A stretch of 64,000 nt of DNA from Gnetum montanum (taxonomy: Eukaryota > Plantae > Gnetophyta): contig MNCI01001938.1 of the NCBI GenBank assembly GCA_015680685.1, forward strand, positions 1 through 64,000. Reading direction: 5' to 3'. How positions within the stretch are numbered: position 1 is the first letter of the stretch; every line of letters begins with the position of its first letter. Positions 10,432 through 22,253 of this stretch are shown piece by piece. A model generated the notes under the pieces. That model was given only the letters and a program-made list of their open reading frames with translations, ran no database searches and was not told the origin of the DNA. Both the position numbers and the translations under genes were made by a program.

Positions 10432-11998
10432 GTGCTGATAGACATGAAGGAGCTGATGCTTGCTAGATTGAGAGTTGTTATGTTGTGCATGTGCAAGTGT
10501 CATGCTCAGGTGACAGAGTGGAAAAAACTTTTGAAGGCTCTAATGCTATGATTCACCACACATCAACATTTTGCTTGCCAATCTTCTACCAAGGCCAACT
10601 GCAAAAGCCAACCTTTAAAATGTCAATTACTAGGGTATTTATAGAGCCAGGGTTGGGGGGGGGGGAGAGAGAGAGAGAGAGAGATGTGGTTTGGATGCCA
10701 CATGTCTTGGACCCCACATAACATGAATGTGGATGTGTCACGTTGATGTGCTACACTCGATGGGACAAGAACAGGGACTGAAAATCTACCAAACTGTGAC
10801 CATATTTCCTAAACCACATGTGCCAAAATCTAAAGAACTATCATGTTTTTACAAAAATTCCTGGAACCAATGCAAATTGGAGCCTACACTTTGGGACTAC
10901 ATCTTCCCTGCTCTTTCGAGTAAGGTCAAGTGTAGGGATAATTTTAGGGACCAACAGGGGGTGTAAAAACAAAAAAAGCCCAATGATTTTGGCTGTCGAT
11001 GAGATGCTAAAGTAGGAATAAAGATCAATGATGAGTTCTAGGAAATTTTAGAGGCATTTAGAGGATTTTTCCAAGTATTATTCAATCTACACTATCAAGT
11101 GTAACGAGGCATAGCATGAACACTTAAAAATGTTTTGCAGTTTTGGCTTGCTATGCTATCTATGCTGCTTAGCATAGTAGAGCAGAACACTTATTTTTAA
11201 TGAATTTTGTCAAAACATTGAAGACATCACTCTGAGATTCATCAAGGTAAGCAACTTTAGCAACCAACAACTACACATTTTATGTTGAAAGAGCCTAATA
11301 CCTCCTAGTTTCATTCTTGTGAAACTTTTGATCATGGCACCTCTGCTACGCTGTGCTATGCTACACAATATAGCATAGCGTAACATCTAATTTTGAACAA
11401 ATTTTAACCCAACTTGCAATGTTTTGCCATGGGATCTTGATCATGCTCTAAGGACAAAGTAAAACAAGTAGCTTTAGATGTCAAAGAATTGCAAAATGCA
11501 CCTTCTATGTCTAGTTCAACACTTAGGAAAATTTTATTCACGCATGGACTACTATGCTGTCTATGCTATGCAGCGTAGCAGAGTATAACAGGTCCAAAAA
11601 TAGAAAATTTTCCAATCTGTTTTATCCATCTTAAACACATTTGGCAACTCTTAGCCTAACATCTAGGTGGATTGGCAATCGAGACATGTGTCAATTTGGG
11701 CAAGTTAGAGAGCGTAGCAAGCTTGACGGCCCAGAAGATAGAAAATTTGATAAATTGTTTAATCCATCTTTAGTGTCCCTTTTTTGCAAACTAGCCTTGA
11801 AAATGGGTGCTATGTTGACTGTGTCAAGGAGCATAGTAGACAAACTTATAAAAATCTTTATAGAAGTTAGGACTTCTAGGGTGCCATGCTATCTATGCAG
11901 CTTAGCGTGACACCACACTTGGAGAAATTTTGCCTAGGTCTCAATGCTTGAACAGATCTGATGCTGAGTCATGAGAGCCCAAAATTGATGGTGTTTCA
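10432..11998 (-). repeat. Probable 3' LTR of copy B, truncated by insertion of copy A
   Basis: Colinear and highly similar to 26172-27690; ends GTTTCA at 11998; TATA at 10636-10643 (minus). Confidence 0.8.
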
Positions 11999-13482
11999 CT
12001 GGCCACTCTCTATAGAGTCTTTGCTTGAGAGATGCTGACAAAGAATACAAAACACCTTGATGAACACAACACCAACACCATTCGTCAATGTCCACTTGGA
12101 TGATGCTTTGCTATGCTTGAGAGTGCCAGGGAAATGAAGTATGGTGGAGAACAAGGGATAGGTTTGAGGAGATAATGGATGAAAAAGGAAAGATGTAGGG
12201 TGCAATGCCATGAGAATCGTTGCCATAGTGTGATCCCTTATCAGAGTGCTTGTGAGGAAGTCAGCATGTAGAAGTGTCCTTCCCTTTGGAGTTTGACTTC
12301 TCATTGGAGTGCTTACGAGATGGTTGATCCAAGGCCAGACTAGTTGAAAAATGAAAATTGTATCATTTGACCTAGGCATTTGAATTATCCCATTTTTCAT
12401 CATTTTTTTCTTCTTCCTATTTTCCTTTTGCATTGCCAGGTGAACTATACACCATATTTGCTTAGAGGCAACCAGGTTGCATTTGTAGGATAGGTGTTTC
12501 CTCCTTGAGATGAGTTGTGTTACATCCATTTAAGGCTTTGACCAGTTCACAAAGGCTCCCCATGGGATGAGTTGTGTTACATCCATCATGGGTTCAGCAG
12601 CTGACTGTGAGAAATGTTACATGTATGTTGGGGCAGCTTACAAGGGATGAGGAAGATTGCAAAATCAAGAGGTAGAGGTTAGCTTGGTTGAGGGGATATT
12701 AGGGATATGCACTCTCAAGTAGCTAGGTGAGCCAAACAAAACACATCAGAATAATGTAGTGTCTTGCCAATGTAGTGGAATACACCCTTGAACAACGTCA
12801 CCTAGGCTTCATCCTACAAATTCAACAGAGAGAAAATTAGAAAAAATAACCACCATGTGAAGTGAGGGTGAATTCTTGTCTCCTTGGGACACTAGAATAG
12901 CTGCAAGTGCTATGTCATATGTGTGCAATGTCCAAAGTAGGAACGCTAGTGCAGGTGTCAGCGGTAGCAAGTTAGAAGGCTCCAACGACCATACTGGAAG
13001 TAAGCACTCAAGAGGCTAGGAACAATGGTGATGTAGGTGCTCAGGAATCCTCATCAAAGGTAGGAGCCAAGAAATTTAATTGCGAGGTAAGAAGCCCAAT
13101 GACTAAATGATCTTTCAGACTCTGGTGGTTGTGAGGGTTGGAGGATAATAGCATTGTGGCTAGGCAACAATACTTTTGGGACTCTAGCAGGAGGTGCTGA
13201 TGGTGGGAGCTACAAGCAAGATGATTAGAGATGATGGTAGTGGCTCTGGAAGGTTAGCAACATGCCCAATGACATCTATAGAAGTTCAGCAAGATGCTAA
13301 TGATGGTGACATTGCAAATGTTCCAGAGGGTTTTTCCTTGGTGGCGTGAACTTCATTCTAGAACTACAATAACCCACCCCAACTTGCCTAGGAGGATAGG
13401 TAATAGAAGATTGGAAGTGTGCCCTCTCACTTGTTCACAAGATCACATGTGTTGGATCAGAAATGTTACCTTACAAACCCAA

Positions 13483-13880
13483 TTTTAGGTCTTGGTAGAT
13501 CATTGGCTATGCTAGTTTAAGATCCCAATAGACCTTGGTCCTAGTTTAAGGTCTAGGCAGACCATGATGTGCTAGCTTAAGGTTCCAGTACACCACTCTG
13601 GTAGTTTAATGTCATAGCAGATGGTGGATGGCCAGTTTAATGTCACAGTAGACCATGCTATGGGTGCCAATTTAATGTCATAGCCTAAGGACATGCTATG
13701 GGTGCCAATTTCATGTCATGGCCCAAGAAAATGGTGTGCTAGTTTAACATCATGGTGGATGCTTTGTGCTAGTTTAACATCATAGCAAATGAGCTGTGCC
13801 AGTTTAACATCATCGCAGATCCTCTATGCTAGTTTAACATCATAGTAGATGCACTATGCTAGTTTAATGTCATAGTGGAT
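13483..13880. repeat. Tandem ~29-bp repeats (CTAGTTTAA[G/C/T]GTCATAG..) downstream of integrase
   Basis: About a dozen imperfect units sharing the TAGTTTAA core with the spacer repeats. Confidence 0.85.
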
Positions 13881-13921
13881 GATCTTCTTACCTTGATTTA
13901 TTATCAACGTGACATTGCATG

Positions 13922-16377
13922 TCAGGTGTAATACAGTTTTAGGTATAGGTGATTGACAGGATTAGAAAACTTGTTGCCATATATATTAGCCATCTTGAAT
14001 GCCCCATTTTCATATGCTTTTGTCACCAAAAAAGGCCCTTCTCAGTTAGTTGAGAATTTTTTCACAGGCTTGTTAAAAGCCTTGAGGACTAGATCCCCTT
14101 TTTTGATTAGGCATTAATGTAGATTGCAATGATGCTTTTGCCATTGTTTGTCTTGATACCACTCGATGCGATTAAGCATTTGGATGCACTATTTCTCCAT
14201 GGAGTCAAGATCAATGATTCTTGACTCGTTGTTTTTAGCCTCATCCATAAAATTTGAGAGGATCATTTGGAGTGACGGGACCTACAATCCAAGAGGTAAC
14301 ACTACTTCAAATTCGTATAGAAGACTATATGGTGTCTTACTTTTGGTAGTTCTACACATTATGCGATAGGACCAAAGCACATAGATGAGTTGCTTATCGC
14401 ATCATCGCTTGTTACTATTGAGCATCTTCTTTAGAAGGTTGACAATGGCTTTATTGGTGGCTTCTACTTGGATCTTTTCTTAAGGATAGTAGGGTGACAA
14501 GAAAGAGTGTTTAATGCTAAGGTTTTCATAAAAGGCTCTAGTTTTTGCACTACTAAATTAGGGCCCATTGTCTATTATGATAGTGATAGGAAGGCTGAAT
14601 CATGTTACTATATTGTCCAAAATGAATTTGCAAACCTATTGAGATGTGATCTTCCTAAGGGGAATAGCTTCTACCCACTTCGTAAAGTACTTATTTGGAG
14701 TAATAATGAAACTATGCCTTGCCGAAGACTTGGATGTTATGGGCTCTATGATGTTTAGTCCCCATCATTGAAAAGGCATGTGATTTGTGTGGTATGAAAC
14801 TCAGTAGGCAATACATGTATTAGATTCCTATGGTGTGGACATATGTTGCATGCCCTAGCCTTAGAGATCCAATCGTGCTCCATATAAGGCCAATAGTAGC
14901 TTAGACACCTAATTTTTGCCACCATAGCCCTAGGAGCTATGTGCCCTCCACATAGTCCCTCCTGGATTTGATTAATGATTTTTTGGGCTTCTTCACCACT
15001 TATGCAAGTTAGCAGTATCCCATCATAGGATCTACGACACAAAGCATTGTCGCCTATGAGGACATACTATCATGGTTGTTTTCTCATTGTGTCTTTTTCG
15101 GTGGACATTAGGTTTTATGGAGGTTCACCAGTTGAAAATACGCTTTGATGTCATCATACCATTCTTGAGTGTGGGCCACACTTACAGACGTGATTTTTAC
15201 TGTGTGAACGATAGGGTTAGTGCATTTTACTATTTAAGTGGGTAAGTTAGCAAACAAGTATGGTGGCATGCTTAAAGCTAACATGGCTAACGTGTTGACT
15301 ATAGTGTTTTCATTATAGTGGATGTATTGAACATCCAAGATTGCAAACTATTTTAATAAGTATTTTTCCAAATCAAAATAAGGTTGTAGGTGTTGTGCTT
15401 TACAGGCGTAGACCTCTATGACTTGGTTAATGACCAAGTGCAAATGTCCTTGAATTGCTAAATTTCAAATCCCTAACTCCCAAGCTGCTAGAATGCCCCT
15501 AAGGAGACTCTTGTATTCTGCTACATTATTCATGCAAAGAAACGTGAAGTGGTACATGAAAGGTTAGATCTCTTTGGAGGGAAATGTGAAAATAGCAGCA
15601 AAACTACCACCTTGTGTGGTTGAGGTATCGTCAAAGTGTAAAATAGCTTTGAAGTTTGCAATTACTATGCTTATATTGCTAACATGCTCGTTTATAAATT
15701 CGGGTTCTATTATTGCCTGGTCATCTGTGGGTAAAGTCATAAGTTGTGTGGCTATTGCTTGACCCTTTGTAGATGACTGTACTTCATAGTGTAGGTCAAA
15801 TTCTATAGTTATTTCTTTCCACTTGGCTATCCTACTACTTTCATATATATTGGTTGTAATGGCCCTATGTATGTTATTTTTGTAAATAATGTTGACTTGG
15901 CTATGAAACAAATAGTATCTCCATTTTTAAAGTGAAAATACTAAAGCAAGGTAAATATTATTCTACAACATTGTATTTTTCTTCGTAAGCTATCAATGCA
16001 TGATTCAGGTAGTAAACAAGAATTTTAGAGCCATCGTCCCTCTTTTGATAGAGTAGAGTAGCAATGGATGTATCTGAAGTTGCAAGATAAATGTAGAGTA
16101 GAGAAAAGCTTTAAAGTTCTCACCTCACCTTTGCATGTGGTCATAGAAATTTCTATAAGTGGATCCTCAATTACATCATTAGCTTCCAAGTATAAGGCTT
16201 GGACCAAATGTTTTGGCCAATCTAGTGATGTTTCTAAGGATGCTACATTGGTGTTACAGGGAGGTAGCTCAAAGTCCACAAGCTCTATGTTCAGGCATCT
16301 CATGAATCTTGCATGGGGTCCTGTAAAAATTAAAGGTGAATGGAGATCATCATGCATGGCCATTTTCCCAAGAGACC
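13922..16377 (-). pseudogene. pol: pol remnant of copy B: pre-RT linker, RT deleted, RNase H, archaeal-type RNase H, integrase
   Basis: LYIYLATS..VYYLNHAL (RH); ILHFDDTS..CMNNVAEYKSLL..GHLHLVINQV (aRH); IQEGLCGGHIAPRAMVAKIRCLSYYWPYM, YFTKWVEAIPL and EGPFLV (INT). Many stops and frameshifts. Confidence 0.85.
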
Positions 16378-16870
16378 CTGCAAAATAGCCAACAAACAAA
16401 ATACATCAAGTGGTACCTGCCTCACATAGCAACATGAAGTTAAATGCATACAAAGTAATTATGCAATATCTCAAAATTGCTAGTTTAAGGTCTTAGTGAA
16501 CTGTCACTATGCATAAGATGTAAAGGAAATTTTAAAATTTTTAGTTTAAGGTCATAGTGGACTATCATGGTGCCTACAATGTAAAGCCTTGAGCCGAATT
16601 CAAAGGCTAAAAGTGAGGGGTTGAATCAAATGTTTAAAAAATTTTCTTTTTTTTTTTGCAAATCTATGTGCTACACTACATGGAACATGGGATGTCCTGT
16701 GTTATGCATGAGACATGGGATGTCCTGCATTATGCATGGGACGTAAATCATCCAACATTACGCATGGGACATGGGACGTTCTACATCACGTGCGAGACAC
16801 ATATCATCCTACGTTATGTGCAGGACATGGGACATCTTGGAAAAGTGACATGTCATGTTACCTTGAAGGG

Positions 16871-19800
16871 TATAAATAAGGGTTTACCCATGGTAAACCT
16901 ATGATTTTCATTGTTAGAGCTTAATATTCTAGAGCATAGTGTAGTTTAGAGAAGAGAGCATAGCACTTGTAGAGCATAACCACCGATAGGCTAGAACTTG
17001 ACAACAAGACAATGATGCACAGAAGTAAGCATAGATACCAAGGCCTTGTAAATGTGGATGAAGGGTAGTGCACCTTATGACATCTCGCTAGAGCATTTAT
17101 TGAAGACTAATAGGAAGCATCATCTACCAGTAGGTCATTACACTACCTTTGTTTATGTCACATTTTTTTTGAAATGGGGGCAATCTTCCAAGTGGGATTG
17201 TTATCGTCACTATGTCCGCTGTGACCACCGTGCCCTAGTTGTTGTGGCCACTACACTGTGGTTGCTGCCACTATGGACATGGCTGTAGCCACAACTACTA
17301 TGCTATGGCTACTGCCACCACCATGGTAGTTGTTGCCATGGACATTATGCTATGGCTACGGTTGCCATCACCGTGGCTAGGAGTGATGCACATTTTCCTC
17401 TTTCTCTTTTTGGTTCTACACTAAGGTAAAAACAAGGGTGTCTTGAACAATGGTATAGAATGAGGGTTTAAAGCATCCTATGTAGTGTAATGCATGTGGG
17501 GAGGATCTTTTTTTGATACTATGTATTTTCGTAATGGATTTTTTTGTGTTCCATGTGGTGGAATAGGGCAAGGGCTTTGCAAGTGTTCCATGTTTGATCT
17601 TAAGCCGTGTTGTCCCTAATAGTGTAATTAGAAAGCTAGGAATGTTTGCTTACTTGCATTGCTACATTCTCTATGAGTGTAACGCTTACTACGCTAAATG
17701 AGACATAGCCACTACGCTACATGAGATGTAGCCACTATGCTACATGGGACGTAGTTGCTACGCTATGAAGGTCGTAGCCATTACAGTGCATGAGACATAG
17801 CTGCTACACTACATGGGATGTAGCCACTATGCTACAAGGGATGTAGCTACTATACTACACATAGGGTTCAATTGCTATGCTACATGGGATGTTATATTTA
17901 CTATGTTGTGTGAAAAGTCATAGGGATGGAACAAATACTTAGAAATGTTTTTGATCAATTGATGGTCCCATAGTTATCATATTCCATACTTAGAAAAAAA
18001 TTTCATAAAAGGTTGCTACACTTTACAGAAGTGTAAATGACAGTTAGAGAATTTTTCCAAAGATTCTTTCCTTCAAAAATTCTCTTATTGTGAACTAATG
18101 TTTTCATTGTGAAATGTAGGGTTATGCTGAAGCCAATCCTGATCGTGATTGAGTTAGTAGGGATTCTATGTTGTATAAGTGCCCTTATGCCTAATGTCCC
18201 CCCACCAGATGCATGAATAGGGAACCAGGAAGTCTGGTTTCAAGAAGGTGCATGAGAATTCTTAGAATTCCTGCTTCGTCACTTCAGTGTAATGATATGG
18301 TTGCACTTGTCTACTGAAACAACAGGCGTCTTGATTGAAACATTATTACCTGGAGTGAATCAAGGCATCATAAAATTCATGACAGATGGATCTACTAAAG
18401 GGGAAGAGGTAGGGGGTTCAAGTCAATGTCCACAAGGCTTAAGACTCTTGCATTGGATTTGGGCGATGCTAGAGTTCAAATGTTACCATAAATATAACAC
18501 ATTATTCATTGCTCGCCATATGGGTACATTTTTTCAAAACCCACCTAGAACCATCTACTGTGTTGGTGGGTGAGTCCTATTAAGATGACTAGACATTTTA
18601 TTTTGTTTATCTTGTATGATTTGGAATGATTATTATGTTCTATCAGTTGCTAGCTATTTGATCAATAAGGATGGTCTTTATGATAGAGAGGGGTTGTTAG
18701 CCTTGGATTAAACAACTCTACAAGAGTTATCCTCTACTAAGAACATGTGTGCTAGTGTTATAGAGCAACTTGTGGCCAATTTTAGAAATTATCCAACCAA
18801 GTACTCTAAATTTAATATGAAGTATGAGGAGCTTGGGTGGTTGGATGGTGAATGGACATCCCATTGAATACCCACTGCAGAAGAAGTACTAGTGCAAATA
18901 TGATTGTTCCCCACACCATTCACACCAGGTGAGTTATATTATGTGCTTCTTTTCATGTATTCTTAATTGATTTTTTGTGGCTAATTTTATTCTTGGTTAT
19001 TACAATAGCAGCCAAATCTAAGGAGGTTACAGTAATTACTTTAGGGCTTAATGAGGCTAACCTCCTCTTTAAGTATGATGAGGTTGATGAGTCACAATGT
19101 TGGCTATGCAATGGAACCCCAACCACAATTGTTTAGAAGGTTTAGGAGGCTGGGCTCATGCATCTCTTTCTGGCTATAAACCCAAGCATCCTAGCTATAG
19201 AAATGATTTCCCTTGTCAGTTCCTTTATAGAAAGTGCCAACCACTTTTGCACATGAGTTTATAATGTGTGAGTGGTATTTGAGATCACTGATAGCCTCTT
19301 TTTAGATCTCTTCGGTGTTCCTTTTGATGGTTTTCCTATGGGGGAAAAGACTAGTAAGGATCTAAACCATCGAGGAGACATAGAAGAATAGCTAGGGACC
19401 AACAAGGATTGCAAGGGTATTTATATGAAAAAGGTTAAATTGGAGGTAGCCTAGCAAATTTACCTCATCTTCTAGGCTCATACTTTTCCAAAGCTACTTT
19501 CCCAAGGGAAAATTCTTTGGGTAAAGAAAGCTTGGATTATGAGGAACGTAATGGAAGAGGGGACACATTACAACTGGGCTAAATATCTTTCAGAAGGCTT
19601 ACAGGCTGAAATGATCAAGTTGTGTGTTAATCTTGATACACATTTCCATGTGCATTTTGCATTTGTTGTAGCTTGTCTATGTAGATTTATAGAATTTTTG
19701 GTGGTCTAGGAGAATGGGAATTATACCTAGATATCCAAACCATGGACCCACCACATATTTCATGCCACCCAATCTCAAGACCCTCCAGAAGCTATCGAGG

Positions 19801-21710
19801 AGTCTTTTTCAATGATGACCAAGGATCAGGTGGGACCATCCTTTCATGCACATGATAGCTTTGAAGAGGCTCATCCCACTAGCATAGGCAATGTAGTGAG
19901 GGGAGCACACCTTATTGCAGAAACAATAAAGTCAATGTTGCAGATTAAGAAGCCTCATCCTATAGAGAAGCCTTCGTGTGTGAGCGAAGAAAGGGGAAAA
20001 GGCTATGTATCCGAGTCTAGAACATGTAGTCTGAGCTCATTGGTAAGTATCCCTTAGCTAAGTTAGTTGTTTCTTTTTTATTTTTTATGCATATATGTTG
20101 GACTAGTACCCTAACTTTGGCTTATGCTTGGTAAATGAGGAATAGGTTTCTGCTTCCGAAGAAGAGGCCCCTACTATAGAAGAGGAGGCCCTTACTGTAG
20201 AGGAGGGGGCCCCTACTATAGAGGAGAATTTTGTAGATTATGTCCCATAACCCAAGGGGCATATGATAGTTGAGGATGCTACTACATTCTTAAGGCATCT
20301 TGAAGAAGAAGGGTTGCATTTTGGGGATGGTGAGTCTACTGATTTTTCTGATAGTGTGTTGATGGGTGATCCCCCCACTCTCACCCCCAAGGATTTGTTG
20401 GATAGGAGCTTTGCACTATAATTTATGTTATCCTCTCACTTTCTCTCTCTCCTTTATAATGCTAATGTGCTTTATTTCATAGCAAGTACTACTTTTGCTA
20501 AGGGCCCTGAATCTTCATCTACTTTCCACCTACAACCATGGGTGAAAACCCTAGATAAGTTTGCTTTTATGGAAGGTGTAGTAGATGACATGATTGATTG
20601 CCTAAAGCAAATTGACCCTGAGATAGGTGTGTGTGGGCTAGTGCATTTATTTTTTTATGTTGTTCCATTTTTCTACCATCTCATGATTAACGCTTCCTTA
20701 TTTTTGGTATAACAACTTCACAAGTTAAATGCGACCCAAGATAGGCAGTTGAAGTCTAAGCTGTGCCTGAACTCTCTCCAGAAGTAACAAAGGTGCCTCA
20801 TCATGTATATGATGAAACAAGAAAATGTATGCTACACTTGGCATGATCATTGTGGGAGTGTAGACATGTTAATGAAGACCTCTAGAAAAAAGTTTAGAAA
20901 CTTAAAAGGAAAGGACGAGTTAGGTAGCCAAGCTAGAAGACTTGTGGTTGTAAAATGAATTCCTAATGGCTCGTGATAATTCTAACAGTAGTTGGTGTAC
21001 AACCATAATTGATTATGCTAGATATTGGTTTGTCATATGAGGCAAAAATGAGGCCACACACTAAGTAATTAAAAAATGTCTAAAAATGGATCTCTTGGCA
21101 CAAAAGAATAAGATTGAAAAGATTATAGTGACAAGGTATATGAATGGGGGTAGGCACAAAAGAATCACAAACATATGTATAAAATGGAGCATGCTGCTTA
21201 TAGCCAAAAGTACTGATATGCATCTATAGAAAGGCATGATCGTGAGCTGTTCCTTGATGCAATTGGTGCTACCCAGGCCTATGATAAATTTTCAAAGTAT
21301 TTAGTGGTTAGTGAGTCTCTAGAGAGGGAAATGACCATGCCTTCTAGGGAGGCCAGATTTTCCACCTTTTCTCCAGGGCCACCCACATGGATGGCTATGG
21401 AGAAAGGAAAGATTTTAGCAAGCATTGATTTAGGAGAAGAAGACTGGGAAAATTTAATTAAGGAAGAAATCCTTCGATGCTTAGCATCTGGCCTTTACAA
21501 GATACCACCAGACATGGATGTGGGCTCATGTTAGGTTAGCCAGGTTTTACCTTATTGCAATTTATTTCATGATAGCCTTATGCATTATCTTGCTCACTCA
21601 TTGGTTCATTATTTTGTTCTTGATTCATGCAGGATCTAGATGATGATGTAGGACCTAGCGGGGCAATAGGTAAAGACACAAGAGAAGACTCATAGCATAT
21701 TCATTAATTC
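16871..21710 (+). pseudogene. Antisense multi-exon accessory gene, degenerate copy in B
   Basis: TATAAATA at 16871; VMLKPILIVIELVGIL, FKCYHKYNTLFIARHMGTFFQNPPRTIYCVGG, DLFGVPFDG and PPTWMAMEKGKIL align to copy A; splice donors at equivalent positions (~18570, 18929, 20043, 21535). Confidence 0.85.
17690..17900. repeat. ~21-bp tandem repeat (CCACTACGCTACATGGGATGTAG) upstream of exon 2 of the B antisense gene
   Basis: About 9 imperfect units are visible. Confidence 0.8.
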
Positions 21711-21882
21711 TTTTTTTTTTAAATTTTGAAATAGAACCCTTGTTGGGTGATGTTGCAACTCTAAATGTGGCCATAATTTTGGACCATGTATTTATAATTT
21801 AATGAAAAGTGAAGTGCTTGTTTTATTTCCTTTGCCTAATTTTTTTGTTAATGTACTTAGGCCCCTTGTGGGCCCCATGCTC

Positions 21883-22140
21883 TAGTTTAAGGCCATTTCG
21901 GGCCATACAATAGTGTAAGGCCATTCCAAGCCATAGCTAGTTTAAGGCCAGTTTGAGCCATGGCTTGTTTAAGGCCATTTCGGGCCATACTATAGTGTAA
22001 GGCCATTCCAGGCCATAGCTAGTTTAAGGCCATTTTGAGCCATGGCTTGTTTAAGGCCATTTTAGGCCATAGCTAATTAATCTTAGAGAGCGGGTTGCCA
22101 GGTTTAGGCCTTGGTAGGCCATACGATAGTTTAAGGCCAT
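21883..22140. repeat. TAGTTTAAGGCCATTT-GGCCAT tandem cluster downstream of B protease
   Basis: About 9-10 units of ~26 bp, including a near-perfect 3-unit duplication. Confidence 0.9.
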
Positions 22141-22253
22141 TCCTGGCTGTCACAATATAACTAACGTGAAAGGAAAACACAATGAAAAATTGAAATTGTA
22201 CAAACAAAATTGTTAAAGATAAAAGATTCATAGGAGTAAAGTAAGGTTATATC

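Noticed and set aside
10654-10685. G-run and (GA)n microsatellite in the LTR
   Set aside because: Simple slippage repeat; the paired LTR has an N at this site.
13483-13880. Repeat-spacer-like arrays (also 21883-22140 and 48262-48512) as CRISPR
   Set aside because: Eukaryotic TE context, no cas genes, and the intervening sequences are short and related to one another.
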